Positions 22,975-36,326 of a stretch of DNA of 64,000 nt are shown piece after piece. The stretch covers positions 60,574,001 to 60,638,000 of the forward strand of contig NC_135816.1 of NCBI RefSeq assembly GCF_964213995.1. Reading direction: 5' to 3'. Under the pieces are notes generated by a model. It was not told where the DNA came from and searched no databases. It was given only the letters and a program-made list of their open reading frames with translations. Position numbers and translations under genes: made by a program. The stretch's first letter is position 1, and every line of letters starts with the position of its first letter. The stretch comes from Mustelus asterias. Its lineage: Eukaryota.

Positions 22975-25512
22975 GATGTCACTGGCTTCAGGCGGCAGGA
23001 CAGGACTCCTAAGTGAGTGTGAGTATGTTTTTATATTGACCACCCCAATTAGTTAGAGGAGCCCCTGTCAGGCCATCAGGACCGTAAGTTGACTCACCTG
23101 AACCACTGCGAGAGGTTGTGGGGCACAGTGTTACTGATGGTCGGAGAAGACGTGAGGAGGTTGGGATGCTTAATACGGAGGACTGGGGTTGAAAAAGACC
23201 CCGGATTGTCAGGGAGCAAAGAAAGAGTGGGAGCAGCACCATTAGGTGACGAGACTCCAGAAAGAAGGAAAGCAGCACCATCAGGTGACGAGACTCCAAC
23301 AAAAAGTTGGCACAACGGTGAGGTTGTGCTAAGGGGTGTTAAAAATAAAAAAGGGAGAATTCCCCAAAAGTCGGGGAGGGGGGGGGGGGGGGGGGGCGGT
23401 CGTGGTGATGCAGGAGAGTAGTGAGAGTCTCGGGTGGGCTTAGAGCGGGACTCAAGGGGTTAACAGAGAGAGAGAGAAAGACAGAGTGACAGAGACAGAG
23501 ACAGAAAGAGACAGTCAAATAGGCTGTGATTCGGCAACCTGTGGAGAGGACAGAGGAGAGAGAAATAGACTTAATAGAGAGAAAAAAATCCAGTGAGAAA
23601 TTCTCAGAGAGGGAAGTAAGGGCTTAAAAAATGAGAGCACAGAGAGATCTGGTTTTGAGAGAGAAAGAGAGAGCGCGGTAGACAGTCTGTGGGTGAGAGC
23701 GAGAGCACCCTTGTGTGGATGCTTGGGAATTGCAGGTGGCAGTAGAATTAAGACTAATTCAGACACTTTAAAAATCAAAGTAAGATACTAAAGTCTTGAA
23801 TTTTTCATTTTTGGGGCTGATCAATGGCCAAGATCAGTCTTTAAAAAAGAGGATAAGAATTTGACAAGAAATTTGGGCTCTTTGTATCTGCATTGATCTA
23901 AAAATTGCAAAATGTTGCATCTAAGAAGTTGTAAGCAGGTGAAGAGAGTGTGATAGTCTTTAGCAGGAATGGTTGCGAATCGGGATATTTAAAAGTGATG
24001 ATAAATCTTGTTTTGAATTAATCTTAACAGTGGAAAGATAGGGATTAATCTTTGATTCAGAAGTATGGGGTTTTGATGTGATGACATTCATTTGAGAAAA
24101 TGTACTATGTCCCATTTTGAAACAAGTAGAGTTAACCCATTCTGTTCCACACAGAATGGATCTTTGTGTTTTAAGATTTTGTGGTAGCTTTCAAATAGTA
24201 AAATCATTAGCATAAATCAAAATATAACAGAGGGGAGAGAGAGCATTCAGGCATTTAATGAAGAGTTACATAAGGTAGAATGGGAGTGTGAGTTTAATGA
24301 TTGGCAGATTGGTGATAAGAAAGAGGGATGATCCAGTGGAATAAATGAATAAATGAATACTTAAAGGAAAGGAACAGGTATAGCGAGGTACAGATAAGAT
24401 GTGAGAAGTGAACAGGGTAATAAAAGAGACCTTATGGAAGAGATGATAGTAGACAAAGTAGGACAGGATTAAAGGTGGGATTCATTTGGTGAATACAATG
24501 AACAACAGTGGTAATAAAAAGAGATATTTAGAAGCATTCTAAGAAGTAAAACACAGTTTAGGTGATATCTATGGATAAAGGAACAAGCTTTTTTAAAAAA
24601 AGATAAAATAGACACTAATGGACAATTGAAAGCTCACAACACTGTTTTCTGAGCTTGGGATAATTTTTCACAAATGATGTTGTTATTTAAGAAGATGAAT
24701 GAGCAACCAAAATAAGTTACTGCCCAGAATCAAATTGAAAGGTTTGATTTCTGTTTCAAAGATGTTATTATGTTGTAGAAGTCAATAAGGAAAAGAGGAA
24801 TTCCAGAGGACTGCAAGAATGTTATATTTTATGTGCAAAGACTTCTCATCAAGAAGGGGTAAGACAAACATTGGAGCCTTTTAACTATTGCAGGAATTTT
24901 GTGGAGGACTATGCTGTATTTGCCAAATCTTTTCAGAACCTGATTAAGACAGGAAAGGCCAGTAGTGAGGAAGTAGTATGGGGAGACATGGAAGCACAAG
25001 CCTTTTCAGATTTAAAACAAGGCATGACAAGAGCCCCAGCGCTGTGCCTACCGGACCTTGCCAAGCTATTTCACATTTTCTGTCAGGACAGTGACGGAGC
25101 ACAAGCTGCAGTAGTAACCCAGCGGCATGGGGTAGATAGATTCAGTAGCAGGGGAATGCATCGATGTGTAAGGGCTTTAGCATGTGCCTCCTGGGCCGTG
25201 AGAGTGTCCAAGCCACTTACCTTAATGGGAAAAATAATTCTCTACAGCCCATACATTCAGCTTTTAGAAGCAGGAAGGTTAAAAAAAGTTTCTGATGGAA
25301 GATGTTCAAATTGGGAGACAAATCTTTTGCCAGGAGGCAGACACGTAGAGATCAGCAGAGATGTAAAAGAAAATCCTGCAGGAGGGTTAACAGTGCAAGG
25401 AACAGAGCATGAATGTATAGTGGAAGTGACAAAAGGAGTGAGCGAAGAGGGTTAGCAAAGGAACCACTCACCGGGGAGGGAGAGATTAATCTGTAAGTAA
25501 ATGGAGCCAGGA

Positions 25513-27713
25513 ATCATAGAACCATAGAACCATAGAAAATTACAGCTCAGAAACAGGCCTTTTGGCCCTTCTTGTCTGTGCCGAACCATTTTATGCCTAG
25601 TCCCACTGACCTGCACTTGGACCATATCCCTCCACACCCCTCTCATCCATGAACCCGTCCAAGTTTTTCTTAAATGTTAAAAGTGACCCCGCATTTACCA
25701 CTTTATCCGGCAGCTCATTCCACACTCCCACCACTCTCTGCGTGAAGAAGCCCCCCCTAATATTCCCTTTAAACTTTTCTCCTTTCACCCTTAACCCATG
25801 CCCTCTGGTTTTTTTCTCCCCTAGCCTCAGCGGAAAAAGCCTGCTCGCATTCACTCTATCTATACCCATCAAAATCTTATACACCTCTATCAAATCTCCC
25901 CTCAATCTTCTACGCTCCAGGGAATAAAGTCCCAACCTATTCAATCTCTCTCTGTAACTCAGCTTCTCAAGTCCCGGCAACATCCTTGTGAACCTTCTCT
26001 GCACTCTTTCAATCTTATTTACATCCTTCCTGTAACTAGGTGACCAAAACTGTACACAATACTCCAAATTCGGCCTCACCAATGCCTTATACAACCTTAC
26101 CATAACACTCCAACTTTTATACTCGATACTCCGATTTATAAAGGCCAATGTACCAAAGGCACTCTTTACGACCCTATCCACCTGTGACGTCACTTTTAGG
26201 GAACTCTGTACCTGTATTCCCAGAACCCTCTGTTCAACTGCACTCTTCAGAGTCCTACCATTTACCCTGTACGTTCTTCTTTGGTTTGTCCTTCCAAAGT
26301 GCAATATCTCACACTTGTCTGCGTTAAATTCCATTTGCCATTTTTCAGCCCATTTTTCTAGTTGGTCCAAATCCCTCTGCAAGCTTTGAAAACCTTCCTC
26401 ACTGTCCACTACACCTCCAATCTTTGTATCATCAGCAAACTTGCTGATCCAATTGACCACATTATCATCCAGATCATTGATATAGATGACAAACAACAAT
26501 GGACCCAACACCGATCCCTGCGGCACACCACTAGTCACAGGCCTCCACTCAGAGAAGCAATCCTCCACAACCACTCTCTGGCTTCTTCCATTGAGCCAGT
26601 GTCTTATCCAATTTACTACCTCCCCATGTATACCCAGCGACTGAACCTTCCTAACTAACCTCCCATGAGGGACCTTGTCAAAGGCCTTGCTGAAATCTAG
26701 GTAGACAACATCCACTGCCTTCCCTTCATCCACTTTCCTGGTAACCTCCTCGAAAAACTCTAATAGATTGGTCAAACATGACCTACCACGCACAAAGCCA
26801 TGTTGACTCTCCCTAATAAGTCCCTGTCTATCCAAATATTTGTAGATCCTATCCCTTATCACACCTTCCAATAACTTGCCCACCACCGACGTCAAACTTA
26901 CTGGCCGATAATTTCCCGGATTTCTTTTGGAACCTTTTTTAAACAACGGAACAACATGAGCCACCCTCCAATCATCCGGCACCTCCCCCGTGAATACTGA
27001 CATTTTAAATATGTCTGCCAGGGCCCCTGCAAGTTCAACACTAGCTTCCCTCAATGTCCGTGGGAATACCCTGTCCGGTCCTGGGGATTTATCCACTCTG
27101 ATTTGCCTCAAGACAGCGAGCACCTCCTCCCCTTTAATCTGTAAAGGTTCCATGGCCTCCCTACCAATTTGCCCTATTTCCGTAGACTCCATGCCCGTTT
27201 CCTCAGTAAATACAGATGCAAAAAAACCATTTAGTATCTCCCCCATCTCTTTTGGTTCCATACACAGTCTACCACTCTGGTCTTCAAGAGGACCAATTTT
27301 ATCCCTCACTATCCTTTTGCTCCTAACATACCTATAGAAGCTCTTTGGATTTTCCTTCACTCTGTCTGCCAAAGCAACCTCATGTCTTCTTTTAGCCCTC
27401 CTGATTTCCCTCTTAAGTAGCTTCTTGCACTTTTTATACTCCTCGAGCATCTGATCTGTTCCTTGCTGCCTGTACATTTCATACAACTCTCTCTTCCTCT
27501 TAATCAGTGTTACAATCTCCCTCGAGAACCAAGGTTCCTTATTCCTATTTACTTTGCCTTTAATCCTGACAGGAACATACAAACTCTGCACTCTCAAAAT
27601 TTCTCCTTTGAAGGCCTCCCACTTTCCATTTACATCCTTACCAGAGAACAGCCTGTGTCAATCTACACTTCCCAGGTCCCTTCTCATTTCATCAAATTTG
27701 GCCTTTTTCCAGT
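25513..27713 (-). mobile_element. Young 5'-truncated CR1 inserted in the ERV RNase H
   Basis: 666-aa uninterrupted ORF2 segment (25597-27597) with the full RT. (TTCTATGG)n tail. TCAT at both junctions; removing the insert restores GARNHVNGQP. Confidence 0.95.
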
Positions 27714-28882
27714 TCATGTTAATGGCCAACCCCGCATGGCATGGACGGTGGTGAATAACAAAGGAACAGTGATTGCAGGAGAACAATCCCAGGGAGCAAT
27801 CCAGCACAAGTAGCAGAGTTGTTAACTTTGACTAATGCTTTAGAAAGGGGTAAAGGAAAACGAGGAAATGTGTTCACAGACAGCCGATATGCCTTTGGCA
27901 TGGTCCATGACTACATGACAGCTTGGGGAAGAAGGGGATTTGTAACATTTACATATCCAGGGGAACATATCCAGCATGAACATCTAATCAGGAATTTACT
28001 TCAGGCAGCTCACGGTTCCTTAGAAGCTCCAGTAATAAAAATACAGGCCCATCAGATGATTTCCACCCAAGCCCAAGAAGAAACAGTCAGGCAGATAAAG
28101 CAGCTAAAAACCTATTAGAACAGAATTTGGAAGAAACCCAAACAGCAAATGTGGCAGCAGTACAAGCCAGGGAAGTCACAGACATCAATGTGAAACAGAT
28201 ACAGGGATAGGCGTCAGAGGAAGGCAAATGGGAATGGGAAAAACATGGAGGACAGAGAGGTCAAGACGGCATATGGAGAAGGGAAGGTAGAATAGCCCCA
28301 GAACTAACACAACAGACCCTTATTGGAGGCATTGGATTAGCACACAAGGATACTGTCAAAGGTGCCTGCAGTGCACCCTAGTGGAATCAGGTTGTCCCTG
28401 CAAGGTCAAGATGAGTAATCAACCACCGAAAGGACCATGAGTAATCAGCCTAAAGGACCATGGGAAAAGTTACAGATGGATTTTACAGGGCCCTTACCCA
28501 GAGTGCAAGGAAAGACCTGTTACCTGGTAATTTTTGATCAGTTTATTTGGTGGGTAGAGGCATTCCCATGCAGAGATGTTCCAGTCAAAACAGCGGCTTT
28601 GATATTAGTAAATGAGGTAATACCCAGGTGGGGTATGTCTCTTCAGTTAGATTCAGATCAGAAAACCCACGTCACAGGGAAAGTTTTAAGAAAAGCCTGC
28701 AAAATATTGGGAATAAAGCAAATATTTCACATACCATACCACCCCCAGAGTTCAGGAATGATAGAGCGGATGAAAAGGATGTTAAAGAACAGTCTAGCCA
28801 AGGCTATTCTACAGGAAGGAAACATTTGGGTGCAGGCTTTTCCTGCAATATTGTTACGACAAAGAGCTACTCCTTCTCGAGG

Positions 28883-29017
28883 GTAGCCATGATGTGGAGT
28901 TGCTGGATGAAGGGGCAACGCTCCGACTCACCTGTTGAAGGGGCAACGCTCCAAAAGCTCGTGCTACCAAATAAACCTGTTGGACTTTAACCTGGTGTTG
29001 TGAGACTACGTACTGTG
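28883..29017. mobile_element. Short Penelope-like insertion in integrase
   Basis: 11-bp TSD CCTTCTCGAGG (28872-28882, 29018-29028). PLE terminal sequence CTACCAAATAAACCTGTTGGACTTTAACCTGG. Degenerate hammerhead. Confidence 0.8.
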
Positions 29018-29849
29018 CCTTCTCGAGGAACAGGGTTAACCCCTTTTAAACTGATGACGGGAAGAGCAATGCATCTCCCAGAGGAGGCGATATTGGGTGG
29101 GGAAGAACTTATCAGCCGAAGCCTTGTGTTTCAGTGCATGAGCGAATTAATTTATTTACATTCTCTTAAAATATATGTGGTTACCCTACAGCAGCACAGA
29201 GACTAGACCAAACTAGCAGAGGAGAACACTCCTAAGTTACTTACACCAGGGGATAAGATAATGGTGAAACTTATGACAGACAGGAAAGGGCTAAGGATCA
29301 AGTAGGGAGGTCCTCAATGTAATCATTGCAGGACAAACATGTTCCCTCATTGATGAGAAACCAAGGCCGCGTTGACGCCACTGGACTCAGTTAAAACCTT
29401 ATCTCAATAAGTAATCCTGAAGGGGTAAATATCAGTGGATCACCCCAGTGGATTTATAATCCTACTGAACAGGGAGTAATAATGGCTCTTGTAGTAGCTT
29501 GAGAACTTCGCTGGAGTAATTTGAATTTGTAGATCAGCAATTAGGTTCAGTTGGATAATAGCGCAAAATAATCAGGATAGTATTAGAGGGAAAGAGATAG
29601 GAATGATTGAATTGATAAGGAACTAACATAATGCTGCGAGGCATCAGACTTATGTTTTTAAGAGTTGTGAGAGCTCTTAAAAAAGAAGACAAACCAAGCC
29701 CAAGTCCACATCCCAGTGGCAGGACAACAGGACTACACCCAACATTGATGACAAGAAGACCACATCAAGTATACAGTGATGTAACGCGAGATATAATTGA
29801 ATTTTGCTCGTTTAACATTGACTAATGGTCAAAACTTGTGTAAAGGGAG

Positions 29850-31010
29850 AATCACGGCAATTTTTATAATGAATGTGTGTGTTTCCATTTTTTTTAGTAC
29901 TGAATGTGCAGATATTGGCTCAAACAGAACCAGTATCTAAGATCATTCAGCATCTTCATCAGGAAACACAGGTTAATACTTATATTTGGCACACACGAGG
30001 ACATTACATATTAGGATTTTTAAGTTAGGAGGTAAGGGAATAGTTTCACTACAGTGAGGCCTGTGCAGGAAGGCTAACTGTACGTAAAGGTACATACTTG
30101 TTTATAATTTAATAGGATCAGTTCCTGGTCTAGATTTAAAGTAATACCTCCACCGCGAGAAATCTATTGCACAGAGAAGTTGGGAAGTTCTGGGAAAAAC
30201 TTGGGGTAAATAAAAGTGATTATACAGTAAGCCCAAGGAGTATGCTATGCCTGAACACATCCAGTAATGACCAGTCACGTAATACATCATATTGCTCCAG
30301 TAAACCATAATATCCAACTTAAAAATGGTACATTGGATTTGTGGAGATAGAGTCTACGCTTGGCTCTCTGTTGGATGGAAGGGATCTTGATACCCTAAAG
30401 AAACTTCCGTACATGTATAAACTCCCTCATCTGCCAAGACGCCAGCAAGCTATGACAGAAGGAGAGCGGTTTTTGGCATAATATTTACTCAATATGGAAT
30501 GGTTTGAACAATGTGAGATAATTGTGTGCTTCATTGGAAACAAGTTGCCAATACAGAAGCTGCCTTCGTGGTGATCAATGATGAGATGGTTGCCATGCAT
30601 ATAGAGGGATTATAATGGCATTGGATTGCGTCTTGGCAGCAAGGGGAGGGACATGTGCAGTAATTGGATCAGCGTGTTGCACTTACATATCAGACAGTTC
30701 AGTAAACATGACTAATCTGGTTGTACACATCAAGAAGGATGTGGGGAAACTCAAAGACCCTGATAAAGAGGGGTGAACCGGCCCAGGTCGGAAATGGAGC
30801 ATGTCAATGCCCCCGTGCTTGGGTGGTTGGCTCTCAGGCTGGATAGGCTCTCCGGGAACATCGACCTTGGAAGGGATTATATTATTTTCATTGTGATCCT
30901 AGTGTTAGTAGTAATTATATACTTCATCAAATATTGAAGTGCACAACTTCCTAAGTCCACAGGAGGAACAGCATCAGTGACGGCAGGTAGGGTAAAGAAG
31001 AAGAGAATCT
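29850..31010 (+). pseudogene. env: ERV env remnant (gamma-type TM)
   Basis: WLSVGWKGS*Y, then FGIIFTQYG fusion-peptide-like segment, then ALDCVLAARGGTCAVIGSACCTYISD (ISD and CX6CC) at 30618-30695, then a hydrophobic TM anchor at ~30875-30925. 5' boundary approximate. Confidence 0.85.
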
Positions 31011-31096
31011 GAAAGTCGAAATACTTAGTAAGGACTAAGATTAGTTACTTAGATACATCCATTTAGTAGCCTTAGTTGGTCCTTGGCCAACGAACC

Positions 31097-31106
31097 AAAA
31101 GGGGGA
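31097..31106 (+). promoter_or_regulatory. Polypurine tract
   Basis: AAAAGGGGGA immediately before the LTR-initial TG at 31108. Confidence 0.85.
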
Positions 31107-31107
31107 C

Positions 31108-31903
31108 TGATGTAGAGGGGCTAATATGGCTAATAAACACATAACCTCAGATTTAGGAGCACTAACACGACACTAACTTTAGAATGAATGATCTTAGATT
31201 ATGGGAACGTAAGCCAGCCAGGGCTGTTGCCATAGAAGACAGCTCTGCATAATTAACAAATATTTCTCATTTAAAACATGTATTTTGAATTTACAAGATG
31301 GATGTGTTTTGCTTTTGGTTACATTTTGTGAAACTTCAGTCAGTGACAAAATACAGAAAGAGGGAAGGAACAATAGATTTACTGAAAGCAGTAATGCTAT
31401 CAGCAGTGGTCGGGAACAAGATGGCTACCAATGCTAGCCTTATGAATAGGGTCAGACAACTCTGAGAGATAACGCAGGTGGCGAGCAAACATGAAGAATT
31501 TCTCAGGGTCGGACGTGAGTCATGTGGATTCAATTCAGTGGGAATCATTCTCCCATTTCACTGCCCAGCGTCCTATATTGCTGGACAACAGAAGGGAGGC
31601 AACGTCCGTAATTTAATAAGAAATGACTGATTTGTATTAATGTTTACTGGATAATGCCCACCTGAAAGGTAGGCAATATGATTTTGGGAATCTATAATTG
31701 CCTTCACAGGGGGCATTGTTCTTCAGACTGATATCCGGTTGCCCACATTCTATACCTTGAGTGCAGGGCTTCCTCAAATCATTCTCCCATTCAATCATTT
31801 GGTTAAATAAATATTTGGTCTTCAACATCAGTGCACTACATTTTTGAATCTTTGTATTAGCTTTAGTAGCTATACGTAGTCTCGAGAGGAAGCCCCGTCT
31901 ACA
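31108..31903 (+). repeat. ERV 3' LTR
   Basis: TG...CA termini (TGATGTAG...GTCTACA). Carries a ~60-bp deletion relative to the 5' LTR near 31625. Confidence 0.93.
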
Positions 31904-32010
31904 GCAGGGAAAACGTGTGGGGTTATGGGAATAGGGCCTGGGTGGGATTGTGGTCGGTACAAACTCGATGGGCTGAATGACCTCTTCCCGTACTGTAGGC
32001 ATTCTATGAT
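31904..32010 (+). mobile_element. 3' half of the HE1-like SINE that was the ERV target
   Basis: SINE body and tail begin abruptly at the LTR end. Confidence 0.75.
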
Positions 32011-32342
32011 CTAATAGGGATGCCATGGAAAACATGGACAATATGAACACAAAGTGAATTCAGTATATGATTATCACCTTGTTGTTAACCCTTTTAGGGC
32101 CTCCAACTCCTGATTGGTCAAATGTCCTCAATATTTCCAACGAGCTTTAAAAGTGATTCAGTAACTCCTGAAAATGAGTGCAGGGATCACACTGCTTCCT
32201 GTTGCTTGCTTATCGCCATGATTTATCATGCAGCCAGCACTGAGCATTCTCTCGATCAACTGGATGTCTCAACAAGTGACCCATAAATGTAAGAGGGTAC
32301 CACGAGTTAAAGCTGACCTGCATTACTTAAAACAAGACTTAG

Positions 32343-32638
32343 AATCATAGAAACCTTACAGTACAGAAGGAGGCCATTCAGCCAATCATGTCTACACTGA
32401 CTCTCAGATAGAACATCAGTGATCCAGACCCTATCCCTGTAATTCCACACATTTACCATGGTCAATCCACCTAACCCGCACATCTTTGGACAATGGGAGG
32501 AAACTGGAACACTTGGAGGAAACTCACACAGACATGGGGAGAATGTGCAAACTCCACACAGACACCCAAGGCTGGAATTGAACCCAGGTCCCTGGCTCAG
32601 TGAGACAGCAGTGCTAACCACTGTGCCACCATGCCACC
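32343..32638 (-). mobile_element. HE1-like SINE
   Basis: A/B boxes and CR1-like tail. Confidence 0.85.
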
Positions 32639-33536
32639 CCTCCACCTCCTGAAGGGAATTACGTTGTGGTTGCAGCAAGTGAAATCATTCTACAACTGTT
32701 TCTGACCTTTGGAAAGGCAGAAGATAGATATACCAGGGGAGAAAGTGGGTTCCAGCATTTGTTAACATTGCACTCAAGACTTTTGTCAAGAAGATGCTGA
32801 AGAGGAGAGAAGTGCCCCATTTATAAGTAGCAGGAAGTTCTCCAGACAAACTCTATGAAAGCAATGGGAGCAGATAGCTTTGTGGTCAATGTTTGGCCTT
32901 GAGGACCTGGATGCAGTTTCACAAAAATGTTCAATGAACTTACATGAGTGGTCAAGGTCAGTAAATGCATCTTCGAATATCATATTCCACCAACTGCATA
33001 CCAGCCTTAGACACTGCTCAATGCACCAGACTCCTATCACTACCCATCAACAATCTCTATCAATCATGATTCAGATCTAATATTTATAGCTTCACTTCAT
33101 CCTCAAACAGTTAGCGCTGCTGCAAATCTCACACCCACACCTAACAGTTAACACACACTGCCAACTATTCAATCATGATAGACATATCATCCGATCAGAT
33201 TGCATCGCACTCACTGACACAAAGTGGCGCATAATGGAAGCAGCATGAACTAAAGAGGGGCTCGTTCAGAATTGCATATCCTAAACGACATGGAGGCAAT
33301 GATGTTTGCCATGGAATTGAGGGCATGGCCAATGGCAATGGCATGGATTAAATAATAGAAAATGATAGTACAATCATTCCTAATCCTCCTCACATCCAAC
33401 CTCCCCCTCATCACACAATTTATTTTGATTTTCAAAGTGGCATATAGTGGAAATGTGCATTATTTGTGGCTCCTTTCCCTCACTACAACCTTACCCTTGT
33501 GCCTTTCTTATTTTAGATACCCAAGATCTGCAACCA

Positions 33537-34380
33537 AGAATCATAAGACCATAGAAAAGTTACAGTGCAGAAACAGACCATTCAACCATCATAATGTCTG
33601 CACTGGCCATAAAAGGGAAAAATTGAACCCAGCTGCTGATTTTAATCCCACTTTCCAGCACTGGTCCATAGCCTGACAGGTTACAACACTTCAGATGCAG
33701 ATCCAGGAACCTTTTAAATGAATTGGGCGCTTCAGCCTCAACCACCAACTTGAGCAGTGAATTCCAGATGTCCACCGCTCTCTGGGTGAAAATGTTTTTC
33801 CTAATATCCCCTTTAATCCTTCTACCAATCACCTTAAATCTATGCCCCCTGGCAACTAATTGATTCCCCAGCTAGGAGAAACATGTCTTTCCTGTCTACC
33901 CTGTCTAGGCCCCTCACAATTATGTACATGACCTGGCCAGGCAGTGGTGCAAAAGCAAAGAACAAAGAACAAAGAAAATGACAGCACAGGAGCAGGCCTT
34001 TCGGCCCTCCAAGCCTGCACCGACCATGCTGCCCAACCGAACTAAAACCCCTTACTCTTCCGGGGACCATATCTCTCTATTCCCTTCCTATTCATGTATT
34101 TGTCAAGACCCCTCTTAAAAGTCACTATCGTATCTGCTTCCACTACCTCCCCGGGCAGCGAGTTCCAGGCACCCACCACCTTCTGTGCAAAAAAACTTGC
34201 CTCGTACATCTCCTTTAAACCTTGCCCTTCACACCTTAAATCTATGCCCCCTAGTAATTGACTCTTCCACTCTGGGAAAACGCTTCTGACTATCCACTCT
34301 GTCCATGCCCCTCATAATCTTGTAGACTTCTATCAGGTCGCCCCTCAACCTCCATCATTCCAGTGAGAACAAACCAAGTG
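33537..34380 (-). mobile_element. Two adjacent CR1 3' fragments (33537-33930, 33955-34380)
   Basis: FTQRAVDIWNSL and FCTEGGGCLE-type remnants. Tails (TCTTATGA) and (TTCTTTG)n. Confidence 0.85.
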
Positions 34381-35949
34381 GAAGAGGAAGAAGACAATGA
34401 TAATTAACTAAAAGCATCACTCGCTTCCAAACCTGTTGCCAACCATTCAGATACTGATACTGCATTTACTTTAGAGGATAATTTAGAGGTGAAATTAGAC
34501 TTTGTGAGTTACTGAGCATGAGTGACAAGCAGCCAGAGTGGGAGTGGGGAGAGGGTGCACATCGCAGGCCTGTCAAAAAGCATGCATGCAATATTATGGA
34601 GTATGTAGGAGTCCGGCATCAACATGTGCTTGGTTTTGTGCAGAGCTTGGAGTCTATCCTTTGCAACAGGGAAGACATGGCCTTCTCCATTAGCACCCTG
34701 GTAACTCAACAATGATGGAACAGCTGATGGCAAGTGTCTCAGTTTCTATTGCTGCACAGTCAGAAGGCCCCCAATGTCTGGATGCTGAGTCAGCTTGCTG
34801 CCATACATTCTCAGACTACTGTCGTTATAGCTTTGGATACCAGGGCTGGAATTCTCCAGCTGTTCACGCCAGGGGGATTCTCCATTCACACCGGCAGTGC
34901 ACCCTTGCTTGCGGGGGTTTCCCCCGGCGTGGGGTGACATCAATGGGAATTCCCATTGACAGCAGCAGAACCAGAGAATCTCGTCACCAGCAAACAACAC
35001 GCTACCTCCCGCCGACAGATAACACATGGCTGGGAGGCCAGAGAATATCGTCCCTGTTCTCAAATGGAAGTGCACAGCAGTCCGGCAACCTAGCCTCCAA
35101 CAGATTACTAGGACCACTGAAGCGCCATCCCTGGGGGGAGTGCCACCAAGTCCATCGAGCACCAGACTGGTGATTTCTCTCTCAAAATGGCAGTGTTTGT
35201 CCTCTCAACACTGCCACTCTGCCAGTGCTGCTGCTGTTGCTTGTCAGCCAATCAGTCTAGATTGCTGCAGTTCATGCCAAGATGGTAGTTTGAAGCTCTA
35301 CACCCAGCACTGCTCAGAATCCAACACCACCTGCAGTCTCCTCCACTGATAATCAACAGCCTTCCGCCAGTCATGCTGCAGCCTCTGAGGCTGCAGTGAA
35401 TAGGAGCACCAGGACAAAGACCACCAAAGACAGCCACTGGACAATTTGGTAACCTTTGCATACACTTTGGCAGAACCTGATTTATAAACTTGATTTGCAA
35501 AGTTTACTTTGTATTGGCTTTTATTTTTTGTGACCAAACAGACTATGATTATCAAAAGCAGAGGTAAAGTAAGATGCGAGATTTGGTGAATGGGAAATTC
35601 AGGTTGCATTAATTGGTATCACAATTGGATGCTCGTGAATCGCCAGGCCAGAAAGGAGCTGTCGAGATCGTACACCAGGACTTAAATACAAAAATGAAGC
35701 CTAACCCTCCGATGCTCTGCTGAGCGAGTACTGCACTGTTAGAGATGTTGCCTCTCAGATTATGTTAAATGAAGGAGTCTTCCCGCTGCTTGGGTAGACA
35801 TAACAGATGACATGGCACAATTTCTATAATGATTAGGGGAATTATCCGGTGTCCTGGCCAATAGTTATCCTAACATCATAAAGTAAGAACAGATGAACAG
35901 GTCATTTTCACATTGTTGTTTGTAGGAGCTTGCTGTACACAATTTAGCT

Positions 35950-36326
35950 ATGATGTGGAGATGCCGGCGTTGGACGGGGGTAAACACAGTAAGAAGTTTA
36001 ACAGCACTCTGCAAGTCCAGGCAAGCTGTGGGGATTACAGATAGTGTGACATGAACCCAATATCCCGGTTGAGGCCGTCCTCATGTGTGCGGAACTTGGA
36101 TATCAGTTTCTGCTCAGCGACTCTGCGCTATCGTATGTCGTGAAGGCCACCTTGGAGAACGCTTGCCCGAATATCATTATTCTGTAAATTGAGTTTGTGT
36201 CTTTATATGCCCTGTTTGTGAACAGAATTCCCACTCACCTGAAGAAGGAGCTTAAGGCTCCGAAAGCTTGTGGCTTTTGCTACCAAATAAACCTGTTGGA
36301 CTTTAACCTGGTGTTGTTAAACTTCT
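35950..36326. mobile_element. Penelope-like element fragment with inverted end
   Basis: 14-bp TSD TACACAATTTAGCT. Minus-strand GIY-YIG C-terminus (RRVAEQKLISKFRTHEDGLNRD). Plus-strand terminal repeat with hammerhead. Confidence 0.85.
36235..36273 (+). ncRNA. Minimal type I hammerhead ribozyme motif (PLE-associated)
   Basis: UCAC-CUGAAGA-A-GGAGC-uuaag-GCUCC-GAAA-GC-UU-GUGG: intact core, stems I and II, palindromic AAGCUU stem III. Confidence 0.75.

Larger units (their letters stand above)
24841..29410 (+). pseudogene. pol: ERV pol remnant (RT thumb/connection, RNase H, integrase), frameshifted and interrupted
   Basis: FNYCRNFVEDYA, APALCLPDLAK, L*VNGAR/HVNGQ, NVFTDSRYAFG, PWEKLQMDFTGPLP, LDSDQ, YHPQSSGMIERM, GLTPFKLMTGR. 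Confidence 0.88.
22173..31903 (+). mobile_element. Class I (gamma/epsilon-like) endogenous retrovirus, defective
   Basis: Paired LTRs, PBS, PPT, RT-thumb/RNase H/integrase remnants and an env TM with a CX6CC motif. Confidence 0.92.
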
